A program made the position numbers and the translations under genes. Below are positions 1 to 13,175 of a stretch of 64,000 nt of DNA, in pieces. The DNA lies in NCBI GenBank assembly GCA_965235115.1, contig OZ249440.1:34350001-34414000 (forward strand), in the 5' to 3' direction. The notes below the pieces were generated by a model, which saw nothing but the letters and a program-made list of their open reading frames with translations, did no database searches and had not been told where the DNA came from. This DNA comes from Laetmonice hystrix. Taxonomy: Eukaryota. Every line of letters starts with the position of its first letter. The first letter of the stretch is position 1.

Positions 1-1921
1 ATGTTTTATTTTTAGGGGTACATATTGTACATTTAAAAAAAAATTAGCTCACACAAATTTCTGCATTGAGCTAATGCTTAAATTAACATACGGAATATTC
101 TCAGTGTTTCAAGAAGGGCTGTTTACTCATCAATACCCTAGGCCTACTCTCTCACACCTCATTAGAACAGTATGAATATTTTACCTTAAGAAATATTGAT
201 GAGACGCGAAAATCACCCCGTTTACAGGAGGCGTATATAGTTCCATGGAATAGTGAACGTTTTAACTTCAGGTATTGCTCTTTCAAGTTTTAGTTGCTGC
301 ACAGTAAAGAATCTGACACTACGACATATATAAGCACCTTGGTTTTTGAAAGGAACATTCCCATACTTAAATGTCGTCTATATTTACAGATGCTTAAATG
401 TAGTCACCCGGTCTTTACAAAGCTGGTGTACGTAACATTGACAGAAATACCTTGAAAATGACCAAGGTAGCATTCACCTGACCCGGTGATCAGCGTTGGT
501 GAATATCAATGGTATACACCACCAGAATATTGATAATCGGCATCACTTCCATCAAATTATTGGATTGTGCAATAATCTTGGAGAAAACTTGCTTTAAACC
601 TATGCAAGTAATCTGACTCTAAATCCTTGATGTACGTAACATCTTGACATTTCTTAAGGCCATCCTTTCCTGAATGTTCAGAATCCTCCATTTTGCTGCT
701 CTCCTCAACCGGAACTGCCATAAATGGGTCACATGGGGGGAGGGTGCCTAATCCCGTCACCACGGATGTCACAAAGTTTCAATTTGGCAGGCATGGGCGA
801 AAATATAGTATTGGCGTACGTAACAGATAATTGACAGAAAAAAATGTGATTATATTCTGAGTGATGCAGGCCACAAATGCTATGGTTGATGGCTATGATT
901 GATATCTATTCAAACCTCTGGTGAACAAAGCTGCTCTTACATGGGGTAAAGGTTATCTGTTGTAGGTACCAGAAAACGGGCTGGCATGGTTTGTGTACGT
1001 AACAGAGATTGACAGAAATGGTTACGTACACATGGCACCCAAAAGATTGTCCAGGAACAAAATATGCAGCAGGCAGCATGTATGAACAGTGGGCCTATAG
1101 AAATAACATGATATTTTGGATTGTTGCAAAGAGATAATAAGAGAAAGTAACTTATATAGAGGGAATGTTTTATTGTGGAAGTGGGACTGCCTCTCTCAGG
1201 TTTGGAAAATGCAGTCAAAATTGGGGTGTTTTGAGGTTTGACACCCCCATTACAAAAAAACAAGGGGGCATTTTTTTCAATTTTTTTTTTTATATCTTTA
1301 GTGTTGTCAGTTAATGGAAATATATTAATCATTTAGAAATTATCAGAAAGTTGTGTGATTTACATAATGAAATTCTGTTAGCTCTAATGTGTAGCACCTT
1401 GGTAGACTGACCCATATACATTAGTCGTGTATTGTCGCAAGCTCACCCATAATGGATCCTGACCCAATATGTGTATAAACACAGTTGTTCAATAACATAT
1501 AATATACCCCCTCTAACCTAAAAAATTCTAACACAATCCTTCTGTCCTTTAGTCACAATTCTATCACAAACCCCCATTATTTCCGTACCTTACTAGGTAT
1601 AGGCAAAGATATATATCATTTCCTTCAAGTTAGATAGTGTGCAAAAAATGTATCCTAAAGATGCTACATATTGTGGTTTTGGAATACAGTTCTTTATCAT
1701 TATTAATAACAGTGTGTGTAATATATTCAATTTATTCCAATTTCAGAAACGCACTGTCTCTGATGCACTCCTTGAAGTGGCAGAGGAAATCTCCCGCAAA
1801 TGGGGTACTGCCAGAATTTCTAGTCCCTAGGGGGCGCTAACAGCAACTCAGATACGATGCTGACGTTAGGCCTACAGTGACACCGCGGCTGCCGCGAAGA
1901 TCAAAGATCAACAGCACAGCA

Positions 1922-3384
1922 ATGACAGCCGAGTGCTGTATTCCCAAATGCCCAAATGTTGGGGGACACAGATTTCCTTGGTCCGATAGAAAGTGGATGG
2001 AGGTGAGTTTCTATTTTAAAGGGATTAGTAATCGCGTGTTAGCTCTAGTACAAAGAAAACAGACGTGTTTGAACGACACCAGTCTCAAAGGTCACAGTCA
2101 GGCTATGTGTTACGCTATTATCGCCCATCCCCAGGTATGGTTTACGAACGGCATTAATGTATAGGGTCTAGATGTCATTATAATGGTGAGATAAAGCTTG
2201 TCTAGATCTAGACTAATTATTAATTACTCATAATAAACAGGGGTTGAACAATTTTCAAAAGGCTAGGTGCCCAGCTGGGCACCTAGTTTGTCTTGGAAGT
2301 TGGAATTCTTGGTGCCCAGCCATTGCATTTGCCAGTTGCCACTCAGAGTTGGTGCCCGCCCATTCGTGCCCCATTCTGAGTTGAATTCCAAGCAGCGAAT
2401 TTTCATTCAAAGCCACTTTTGCTTAAGTATCAGTTATTAGGGTTATAGTTGATTGAAAAAGTGGGAGGGTGAATAATGGTGATAACAGCATGATGATAGA
2501 AGCCAAATGTGGCATGGAGGAGGGGGGGGGGGTGATATCGAGCCCTGAAAGCCTGCATGACTACCGTGAGTGCGTGTACATTTGTAGTAAGTTAACTGTA
2601 CATATGACGGTCTTTCATGACAGAATCCTGTTTTAGGTGCCCTGAAAAAAAATTAGGTTCCCTCGGGCACGTGATTTTTCGAGCCCTGAATGAGACTTCA
2701 CTTTAATAGACTCATTTTACCATTTGTAGTTGTGGATAAAGGCAGTAAGAAGACAAGACTAGGACCAACGGAGCGTGATAATATCTTACCATTTCGATAA
2801 GAAGGATCAGCCTGTAAAGCCTAAGGGACCATCAAAGTTCAGTGTTGTGTGCAGAAATCATTTAGATGAAAGAGATTATCCAAAGTGGACATTTGATGGT
2901 AAGCATTTACTTCCAAATGACAAATAATTCAGTTTGGAGACACAAAAACATTAACTTCCTAAATGATAATGAGTAAATGGTAACAGGTCAACAGGTTTAA
3001 GGTTGGAGTGTACCACTGTCAAAATCTACCAGTCGAAATGAACCATTGACATTTTCCCAGTCAGAGTGGTATTTACTTTACATGGTTCTCTCTATGGCCC
3101 CCTGAAATCACTGCAAACTTTTCAAAACTGCATGTGAAGACACAAAAACTAAAACATGTTATTAATACTGCTTATTTGTAAACATTTTACTACACGTACA
3201 GGAACAAAACCCAGTGTCAAGAGGTTATGCAAAGGAGCTGTACCACATGTTTTTCCATGGCAAAGACCACCATGTTCTTCAGCCATTGATAGAAGGCGGC
3301 GTGGAGAGAAGAGGAAAAGAGAAGACCAGCAGAGGCAAGCAGCAGTAGAAGAAATTGCAGCTTACGAAACAGTAGAATGTGAAG
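1922..3384 (+). pseudogene. Spliced THAP zinc-finger gene fragment (probably transposon-associated) with an in-frame stop
   Basis: Exons 1922-2002, 2730-2898 and 3202-3384 join through phase-consistent GT-AG introns to give MTAECCIPKC...HRFP...LWIKAVRR...VVCRNHL...RLCKGAVPHVFPW (C2CH plus AVP box). There is a TAG at about 2760 and no downstream exon was found. Confidence 0.8.
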
Positions 3385-3479
3385 GTAAATACATGATGAA
3401 TTTCCATCAAAATGCTTTATTTGTAAAGCAGTATTCAATATTTAAAAAAAATTAAGCTATCATTATTGTATGAATAAAT

Positions 3480-3722
3480 TTGATTGATCTGCACAACATT
3501 GGACCCCAAATATCCCGGCCGAATGGATAAATAGTGAATTTAATATCTTCGGTAATCTTGGGTATAATTTTCAACAAAGTCACCAGCAATGCAAACTTAA
3601 ATTTTGTTGAAAAATTCATGCTAAAATCTATCAAATCTATCATCAATATGTGGGCATGGCAAAACTTATCGTATCGAGGAAAAAGCCTTTTGATGAAAAC
3701 TTTAAGAATTGCAAAGTCATGT
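3480..3722 (+). pseudogene. Degraded L1/Tx1-type LINE ORF2 fragment
   Basis: Translation IKSIINMWAWQNLSYRGKSLLMKTL resembles the post-RT region of Tx1/L1 ORF2; cut by the hAT insertion. Confidence 0.5.
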
Positions 3723-4078
3723 TAGGTATGTCAATTTCCGCTAGAGGCGCTGCGGTCGCATGCAGTAGTGACGCAATCAATGTCGTTCTCAATCGGAACG
3801 ACCGAGCCATTTCCGGTTTACTTTCCTTTCGGGAACTGGACTCGGACAGTGAAAGCGCCATCTTGCTTTGCTGACGTCACCAAACTATTTTCAAAATGTA
3901 AACACAGACATGTGTTCGGGGGAATAGGGGGGCGACACCGCGTATATATAAGAATTCCAGTCAAATCGTCACACGGTCGAACCGTCACACTGTGTAAGTC
4001 AAACCGCCACAGTTAGCAGATCGTCACAGGCCCACGCAGCACCCCGGCAGGATGGCCGATGCGATGGGGCCAGCCCGG

Positions 4079-4422
4079 TGTCGCGGTCTGTTTTCTCCGC
4101 CGGTCTGTAATCTCCGGGTGCATGGTTTCCTATTGTTTAGAGGCCAAACTTAACCAAGTGAGCACGCGCGTGTCGCAGTTTGAGCTCACACCTCCGGTCG
4201 TCTGCTAGCTGATAGGCGGTAGAGTTTTCTTCCAAACACTAATAAACGACAGCCTGGATAGGCAAATTGCGGACCAAAACTGACGGAGGAGAAAAGGGTT
4301 ATTACTTGAGACTTCATCCTGGCCTGATATCTCGGATAGTTTACCGAGAACGATAAAAATATACGCGACTCTGCAGCCAACCTCCCGGAGATTTCAGACC
4401 GTGGAGAAAACAGACCGCGACA
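4079..4422. mobile_element. Ginger1-like non-autonomous element (MITE)
   Basis: TIRs TGTCGCGGTCTGTTTTCTCC / GGAGAAAACAGACCGCGACA, TGT...ACA ends, CCGG TSD at 4075-4078 and 4423-4426. Confidence 0.8.
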
Positions 4423-5715
4423 CCGGCCGGGCTGCTGCCACTGCCGTGTAACGTCCGACCCACGCTACACTGCCCGGGTTCACAGTGCCTCACCTGCCAT
4501 CACCATGCACCCGCCCCGTCAAAGACTTAGCATAAATTAGGCTCTCTTTGCCAAGGTGACTTGATTAGGTATCGCCATGCCTACGCTATGGCTATGTCTA
4601 TGACAATGTCATCGTCGTGTGCATCGATCGTCGTGTGGCTGTGGGCGCCGCCATTATGGTAAAAGTCGGACTACAAAAATCGTATTGTGACATCAAATTA
4701 TGTGAACATGTCACTTGTTTGCTCATTATCAACGCGTACAGTCGGTGAAATCTTGTTTACAATGCACACAACACCTAAAACAGTAGATCTACGTCTGTCG
4801 ACTGCACTACTTTTTCAATCGGCCGAATCAGAGAGCACATGGCCTATCCGGCGGATTCCCGTTAAATCCACGTAAGATCTGTACACTTTCACTGTCCGAG
4901 GCCTGCTTCGCCCCGGATATGACCTAGAAACAGCCAATCAGATGCAGCGTCGGTCGTTCCGAGTGTGTCGTTCTGTGCCGGCGACCGTAGCTCTGCCTGG
5001 CGGTACGCGCTAGACAGTTTCATTCATAAATCCGATGCAAATGAGCAGATCGATCACGTGTTCGTTTTTGATGCCCAATGAGGACATGCTGAGACGCTGT
5101 GTCAACATCCGGTTTGTTTGGCAACGCGCTACGCCAATCCAATGGCAGGTTTAAGATTGCCCACAACTTTGAGAGTAAATCACAAAGGTAAGTGACAGCA
5201 ACGTGTTAATAAAACTTAGAAACGTATAATCTCCTATTCTTTCTCTTTCAAATGATGTTTTTCTCATATATGTAGCTTCTATCAGAGCTGACAAATCCGT
5301 CGCCGAAAAATCTGCATAGCTTAGATAGGCCGCGCTCAGCAGTGACACTGACAGTGACAATCTGTCGTCGGGTAGCGCGGCGCCCCATCCCCAGCGACCA
5401 TGGCGCCAAGTTCTCCCTTACTGGCCTTAGGTCGTTCTTATTATCACATAGGGTTCCAAAATGATGGTGAGTTAGTTTCTAGGTTTTCATTATCCCCTAC
5501 CCCCATTCCATAAACATTTCACTTGTGCCAATGACGGGTACCCACCACCACACTAGCAGTTATTCATTGTTGTCAACAATGGCTGACCTCGACTAGACAG
5601 TCTGTGCACCTGTACTGTAGGGGCCTGTGTCATTTTATTTTTATTTTTTTCTGACAAGTTCGGGTTCTGACCTGTTGGAGTATGACTTGGGGGAGAATTG
5701 AGATCTAGATTCATA

Positions 5716-5999
5716 GGCGTCGGAGGATATTTTTCCGGGGGGGGGGGGGGGGGGGGGAGGGGGCCTAAATGTAAGAAAATTCTAGGGTGTCTGGGGGCAT
5801 GAATATTTTAATAATTTTAACTTTCCGGGAATTTTAGCCCAGAGGCATCTTTTCAATGGAAATGGGAAGTGTGAAACTAGTGTGTGGGTTCTGTCCTTTT
5901 CAAGTTGGAGACATCCCTGTAGGGGGGGGGGGGCTCTGCCCCCTGCTTGAACCACTGGGGGGTTGCCCCCTACCCCCCCCCCCCCGGGTTTCCGACGCC
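5716..5999. mobile_element. Short MITE with poly-G/poly-C tracts
   Basis: TIR GGCGTCGGA / TCCGACGCC; TSD unclear; a related end occurs at about 57277. Confidence 0.55.
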
Positions 6000-6309
6000 C
6001 AGTTAAAATAGCTGAATGGTTTCGTAGGTTGTAGGTGTCTGCCAATTTAAACATCAGGGTCAGATTTTTTAAAAGTGGCATTGGCCCATTGCAGGTAAAA
6101 AAGAAGTGATAAGATGCACAAACAATTAGCATTTAATGTCCCCTACCATTTAGATTTTTATTCAGTGGAACACTATAACACTTTTCTATCAAGACGCTGC
6201 CCAGCGTGCACAGAAGAGCTTCTGAAGCGTTTTGGAAGCGCTGCACTGCCGCGCTTCCGAAGCAGCTAGGGAAGTGCTAAAAAAAAGGTGTAGGAAACGT
6301 TGCAGATGC

Positions 6310-6860
6310 GGCGTTTCATAAGCGCTGCCTGAGCAGAGCTTCATAAGCACTGGTGAAGCAGCGCTTCATATGCACTGATGAAGCAGCGCTTCATAAGCAC
6401 TGCCTGAGTAGCGCTTCATAAGCACTGCCTGTGAGGCGCTTATTAAACACTGGCGGAGTAGCCCTTATTCAACACTGCCCGAGCATAGCTTTATAAACGC
6501 TGCCTGTGAAACGCTTATTCAACACTGCCTGAGCAGAGCTTCATAAACACTGCCTGTGAGGCGCTTCTTCAACACTGGCGGTGTAGCCCTTATTCAACAC
6601 TGCCTGAGCATAGCTTTATAAATGCTGCCTGTGCAACGCTTATTCAACACTGCCTGAGCAGAGCTTCATAAACACTGCCTGTGAGGCGCTTATTCAACAC
6701 TGGCGGTGTAGCCCTTATTCAACACTGCCTGAGCATAGCTTTATAAACGCTGCCTGTGCAACGCTTATTCAACACTGCCTGAGCAGAGCTTCATAAACAC
6801 TGCCCGTGCAGCACTTAATCAACACTGCCTGCATGTGCAGCGCTTATTCAACACTGCATG
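6310..6860. repeat. Subterminal array of 25-bp monomers in a 125-bp higher-order unit
   Basis: AACACTG recurs every 25 bp; the variant AACACTGGCGG lies at 6446, 6571 and 6696. Confidence 0.9.
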
Positions 6861-9599
6861 TGGTGAGATCACATGGTGGGATCACTGGCATATGATACGG
6901 TCAGATCACTCTGACACTGCATGACCACATGATCTCGCCACTGCGACTTCAGCCTGGAACCGTTGGAAATCTGAAAATAAATCCTAAAAATGATGGGTTA
7001 ACCCATATCTTTATTTGGTTATTAATTCTTTCTTTTATTTGGTCTTGTGAAAGCATATTGCACGGTAAATTTTCGAGCTGTCTGCTGGTTTCTGCCTTCA
7101 AAGTTGTTTTCACTTCATCTTTTCCCCGCTTGCTTTTGATCTCATCCGCATCCTTGTGGAATGTACGTAGCGTGGCTAAAAATAAAAATAACATATAATT
7201 ATGCTGCTGTACATGTTGTTTTGAATCTGCATTTGATAATTTGTTCACGATAATCACGCAATGATTTACATGTATTGTACATTATCCGGCATCATATACC
7301 CGGCAAAGGTATAGTTGCTGTATGTCTGATATTTAAAAGATGCTTTGCCAGGTAAATTATGCAGAAGATTACATTGATTGCACTGATGATTTTCCCAGGA
7401 TAAAACCCGACTCAGTGGCGATGAGCTGTATGGGAACATATACCAGCTCACCACCACTGACCCCGGATTAACTCGGGGAAAATCCTCAGTGTCAACCTAC
7501 CCTGATAGGCCGTATGCCCGTCCCATTGTAGTTCAACTGCACCTCGTCAGTCATGGTCGCATGAAGAATCCGGCGAACCACCTCTCCAATATCACGCTAC
7601 CCGACAAAGTAGGGGGGTTTCTGTTATGTGTGTACAATAAAATATACTTTGGGAAAGAGAAGACATTTGACCAAAATATTTGTGTACTTAACCTAACTTA
7701 TACGACAGTGAATTACTTGAACGTGATTGGACTCAAAGTTTGAATTCTGACCACCAAGCAAGTAAATGTTAGGCCTATTCAACTATGAAGTATTGAGATT
7801 TTTGAGTAAGATAATTAGACAATACGTACACCAATCAGCGTCTGCATGACTATATGTTCTGCCAACCTATGAAGTGTTTACGTAGCCATACATCGATCAT
7901 GCAGCACCAGTGATTCAGCATCTGAAAGTATAGAGTTATTCCACAAAGAATTCTGAAAATATTTATCCGCAAAAGCATGTGTAAATTTAATTTCACAGTT
8001 ATATAAACAAGATTCCTACCCTTAAAAGGGGTTCAATTTCAGCATAATGCACTATAATGGCCTAACTTAAGCTGTGGTTGAAGACCTTAATTTGCACATT
8101 TATAGATTCAGAAATACCGTATTTACTTACCGTATCAATATGTTGGATTCTATTGATTAGAATAGCTCCCAACCAACCATGTAGGCCTACTGTCAAGTAT
8201 CGACTGGCCTCTCCTTCTGACCGTTTGGTGGAGACGCGCGTTCCCGCGCAAACGGTTGAAACAGGCACGGCTAATTGACCAGGACGAATCGGAACGGAGG
8301 GATGGAGGTCGGGAGGCCGGGGGAGATAACCGACTGACCTATAGTATAGCCCAGCACTGACCATGCACAAGTCTTAATTGCACCCTCTCCCCGGCTCACT
8401 TGTGACTGACCCACTCAGCAACACTTCTTGATGGTCCTGTGTCATTATCAGAGATCTTCTCCATCGTATTATATAATTTTAAGATATGCTAAAATCATTA
8501 TGTATATGGATACAAGGGTCCCAGTAATCCTCAACCTGAGGCTTTCTGTCATCTTTTGTACCCCACTGTGGTGATGTATTTTATGACCTCTTGACCCAGC
8601 AGCTGATACGTTCTGATCGGGTGTTACCACAGGAGATCCCCCTCGCCCTTCATCAGCACCACCCTAATTCCCCACCAACATGTCAACTGGTCAATCCGCA
8701 CTCAGTGTAAATGTATAGTTATAGAGTGCAGACAAATCAAGTTCATGTACAAATTATTTGAGATATCAACCTGAACATGACACCAGATATTTACATCGAG
8801 GGGACTAGATCTAGATCTAATCCTATCTTAATTTCACTGAAGCGTGGGGCTTTGAAATATTTAATCACAGTCCGACAATATTTCACCAGTTTTAGAGTGT
8901 CTAATATTCTGTTGAGCTCGAGCCCTATAAGGCCAGCTGCGGTTGGGATCGTCATGACAAGGTTAATTTGGTGCCAGAACTGATAAAGAATCGCTGCCGA
9001 CAATTTCCCTGCCCCTTGTATACGCATTTCTGACGTGTCATATGCTCGGGTTGGGTTCCCAGTACTTTCCACAATTTTTCCATTGATTTGAGCAATAGCC
9101 TATTATAATCATTATGACCGTCACCCAGCAAACAGCACAGACATGTTGCACTTGTGTCAACATGTGTAAAACTGGTGAATTCAACGTTGTGTGCTGCAGT
9201 TAAATGCGTACAAGGGACAGAGATTCAGAATTTGTCTGCAACTCTTCCCTGTGAGTATCGTATCTGCGACATGCGGCTATTTTTCTTTTCATTACGGCAC
9301 GACTTTAGAATACAAGGGAGGCCATACGATCATGATCGTCAAACATTTGGCGATTATGAAGTCGGCAATATAAAATTTATGTTTATTTTAAGTCTGCTCC
9401 CACCATTATACATCTGATTATGCATGAGACCTGAACATTTGAGAAAACGGTGAACTCGGGCCCGTTAATTAGCCGTAAACGAATTTAACATTCAATTTTC
9501 GCAATTCCTTTATTTATACTAGTGTTTGGATAACAGTCAGCCTACAAGTTATAGGTTCGGCTATAAATATAACCTTAACTCTACCTTGACCAAAACACT

Positions 9600-9816
9600 G
9601 GCGGATGCAGGATTCCACTAAGGGGAGGGGGCACAGAAAAGCAATTCATAATTGTACATGTATATATATGCCTATAGCTCGGGGTTTCCCTGAGATACAC
9701 CGTCAGTGTTAAAATTAATTAAAACTGAGTAGGCTATTATAGCCGCGGTGTATGCCTATAATTGGTGAAGCTAAATGGGGGAACATGCCCCCTGTGCCCC
9801 CCCCCCCGGATCCGCC
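9600..9816. mobile_element. Short MITE
   Basis: GGCGGATGC / GGATCCGCC inverted ends with internal G/C tracts; TSD not clear. Confidence 0.45.
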
Positions 9817-11059
9817 TTTGCAAAAGCATAATATTTAACCGGATTCCATGCAAGAGTGGATATCAATTACATAATGCCTATACATAATTACATAGATATA
9901 GCCCCCGACAAACTGCACTTTAGGCTGTCAGTCTATTTCTACTTTGAACATATATCTTACACGCATACGTCGATCGTGATATATTATAGGCCCACTGGAT
10001 TCTGATCTTGGGTATACTTATCTGACCGTAGGCCGTAGTAGTTTTATTATTTTATGTAGGCTTACTATATATAGGCCTATGGCTATCTTTGTGTAATAAT
10101 ACATGTAGGCATATTGCATTTGTACTTTATAGCCTAGTATAGGTTGTGTGTGCATGTGTGTATGTGCGGTATACATATAATATACTGCTGCTATACATTA
10201 TAATTCCAATAAGTTTGAGCTCAGCTATTTGAAAGCGGCCGTTGGTTGTCTCCTAAATACCTCCACTTGTAACCTGAACTGGACGACAAATATATATATA
10301 TATCCTCACAAATGCAGCTGGGTTATTCTCCATGGTAACATACCCGCAAATTGTTAGGTATGTCAGGGTCAATCATACATGTAGCCAAGTATGTAGGAGT
10401 TGGAGAAGTCTGGGGACCGCGGTTTGTGCATGGTAAGAATTAATTTTGGGCAAAGAAATTAGTGATAGATTTATAGTTTTTAAACCACCAAATTTCGCAG
10501 AGATGTTACCTTGGGGGAATTACCCCAAGCCGCGACCCCCTGACCTCCCTTCCTTCGGTGTGGATGGCATCAATTGGTGAGATAAAGTATGCAGGGTCCT
10601 GTAACGGTTTTAGCGGGAACCATCGTTTTACAAGCACCAAATGGCCTGGTCAGTGGCAGGATGCGGCCAGATGTGCACCGGTCCGCATCCAACAATCCCA
10701 CTGGCTCCAGTTTAGGACAGTGGGAATGTAAGCACGTAAAGCTGTCGTCGGAAAAGGTTCAAGATTCTGGGCAGTGGTTTTTCGGCCAATAGAGCAACAG
10801 TGCCCTATACATTCGATCGCTTCCTGATTAAGCAAAATGTTCAACCCCATCCATTCCAACTTTTTTTAATTTTTTGGTGAAAAACGTGATCTTAAAGTAG
10901 GAAAACGGGGCCGAGCAGCAAGAAATTCACATTGGCCTGGGATTCTATTAAAAAAAGGATTAGCAGTATTTCAGCATTCCAGAGGAACTTGGTTGTGATG
11001 TCATTACCTTGATGCAGTTATCTTACTGTTAGTAAGCAGACACTGACAGTGGATCATGG

Positions 11060-11530
11060 ATGTCACGTATGTGAGGTTCTAGTAAAATAATTGTGACCTC
11101 ATCATTTGTGAGGTCGTTACTTTGATATCACAGTGAGGCCACTATTAGCCCACAAACATACGTGAGGCTCTTGTGATCTCATCATTTGTGAGGTCATTAC
11201 CGTGATATCACGGTGAGGTCACCTTGTATTAGTTCACAGACAAGATGTCACAGACGTGAGGTTCTTTGAAATCACTGTCACCTCATCCTTTGTGAGGTCA
11301 ATACTGTACGTGATTTCACAGTGAGGTAACGATTAGCTCACAGACAAGGTGTCACATACGTGACGTTCTTGTGACATAACTGTGACCTCATCATTTGTCA
11401 GGTCATTGCCGTGATATCACAGTGAGGTCACAGACAAGGTGTCACACATGAGGTTCTCGTGACATCGCTGTGACCTCATTATTTCTGAGGTCTACCCATG
11501 ATATGACAGTGAGTTCACTGTTAGATCACA
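11060..11530. repeat. Degenerate GTGAGGTC/GTGACCTC-rich tandem repeat
   Basis: Repeated gtgaggtca, tgacctcatcatttgtgagg and gatatcacagtgagg motifs. Confidence 0.75.
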
Positions 11531-11575
11531 CTCACAGCAACGTTGCAGGATCACTGCTTCAGCAGCGTAGCCTGA

Positions 11576-12752
11576 GCTACGTTGCATGAGTGCCTCATGC
11601 AACGCTGCATGAGCAGTGGTTAGGCAACGTTGTCTGAGTGGCTACTGTGTGCTGCTAGCGCTGCACTCAATGCGTCGCCCGGGCAGTGGTCAGCAGGGCT
11701 TCACCAACGTTGCATGAGTAGTGCCTCATGCAACGCTGCATGAGCAGTGGTTAGGCAACGTTGTCTGAGTGGCTACTGTGTGCTGCTAGCGCTGCTCTCA
11801 ATGCGTTGGTCAGGCAGTGGTCAGCAGGGCTTCAGCAACGTTGCATCAGTAGTGCCTCATGCAACGCTGCATGAGCAGTGGTTAGGCAACGTTGTCTGAG
11901 TGGCTACTGTGTGCTGCTAGCGCTGCACTCAATGCGTCGCCCGGGCAGTGGTCAGCAGGGCTTCAGCAACGTTGCATGAGTAGTGCCCCATGCAACGCTG
12001 CATGAGCAGTGGTTAGGCAACGTTGTCTGAGTGGCTACTGTGTGCTGCTAGCGCTGCACTCAATGCGTCGCCCGGGCAGTGGTCAACAGGGCTTCAGCAA
12101 CGTTGCATGAGTAGTGCCCCATGCAACGCTGCATGAGCAGTGGTTAGGCAACGTTGTCTGAGTGGCTACTGTGTGCTGCTAGCGCTGCACTCAATGCGTC
12201 GCCCGGGCAGTGGTCAACAGGGCTTCAGCAACGTTGCATGAGTAGTGCCCCATGCAACGCTGCATGAGCAGTGGTTAGGCAACGTTGTCTGAGTGGCTAC
12301 TGTGTGCTGCTAGCGCTGCACTCAATGCGTCGCCCGGGCAGTGGTCAACAGGGCTTCAGCAACGTTGCATGAGTAGTGCCCCATGCAACGCTGCATGAGC
12401 AGTGGTTAGGCAACGTTGTCTGCGGGGCTACTGTGTGCTGCCAGCGCTGCACTCAATGCGTCGGTCAGGCAGTGGTCAGCAGGGCTTCAGCAACGTTGCA
12501 TCAGTAGTGCCTCATGCAACACTGCATGAGCAGTGGTTAGGCAACGTTGTCTGAGTGGCTACTGTGTGCTGCTAGCGCTGCACTCAATGCGTCGGTCAGG
12601 CAGTGGTCAGCAGGGCTTCAGCAACGTTGCATCAGTAGTGCCTCATGCAACGCTGCATGAGCAGTGGTTAGGCAACGTTGTCTGGGGGGCTACTGTGTGC
12701 TGCCAGCGCTGCACTCAATGCATCGCTCAGGCAGTGGTCAGCAGGGCTTTCT
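11576..12752. repeat. Tandem array of about nine 131-bp units
   Basis: CAACGTTGCAT unit starts at 11705, 11836, 11967, 12098 and onward; copies are near-identical and contain an internal hairpin GTTGCATGAG...CTCATGCAAC. Confidence 0.95.
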
Positions 12753-13175
12753 GACCAGCTCCTGACAGCTGGCTGCGCTGGCAGCGAAAATGCATCGTCC
12801 AGCAGCGCTTATTAAGTGGTGCGTGCAGGCTGGGTGCATATGGAGGTCTCGCACTCATAATTGATTTTCTGACAATTATTTTGGTGATTCAGTTATAAAA
12901 CAAACGTTCGTTACCAATATTGCCAACCCTTTAAATCCTATTGCCTGAGTATCATTTAAAGCCTATACCGATATTTTGTGTGACAACCATGATCTAATGC
13001 ATACATGGTTTGACATTAGACTGTCTTCAAGATTTTATACTGGCATTGGTAACGAACAATTAATCCCTCGGTCTTTTTATTCTAACCACATGTCCCCAGG
13101 TTACCAACTTTCCATGTTGATCTTTTTTTGGCTCTTCATAATTCTTCATTGTATTATATTTTCAAATTGTAGATC

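Larger units (their letters stand above)
6200..12834. mobile_element. Non-autonomous EnSpm/CACTA(CMC)-like element
   Basis: TIRs CCCAGCGTGCAC / GTGCAGGCTGGG (11 of 12 match), 2-bp TSD TG, tandem arrays inside both ends, no transposase ORF. Confidence 0.7.

Noticed and set aside
2238..2688. hAT MITE in the THAP intron
   Set aside because: CAGGG..CCCTG ends are present, but the TIR is weak and there is no TSD.
6949..8660. Captured gene fragments inside the CACTA-like element
   Set aside because: Only short ORFs with no motif I can support.
11576..12752. CRISPR-like array
   Set aside because: Units are near-identical throughout with no unique spacers and no cas genes; it is a tandem repeat in a eukaryotic transposon.
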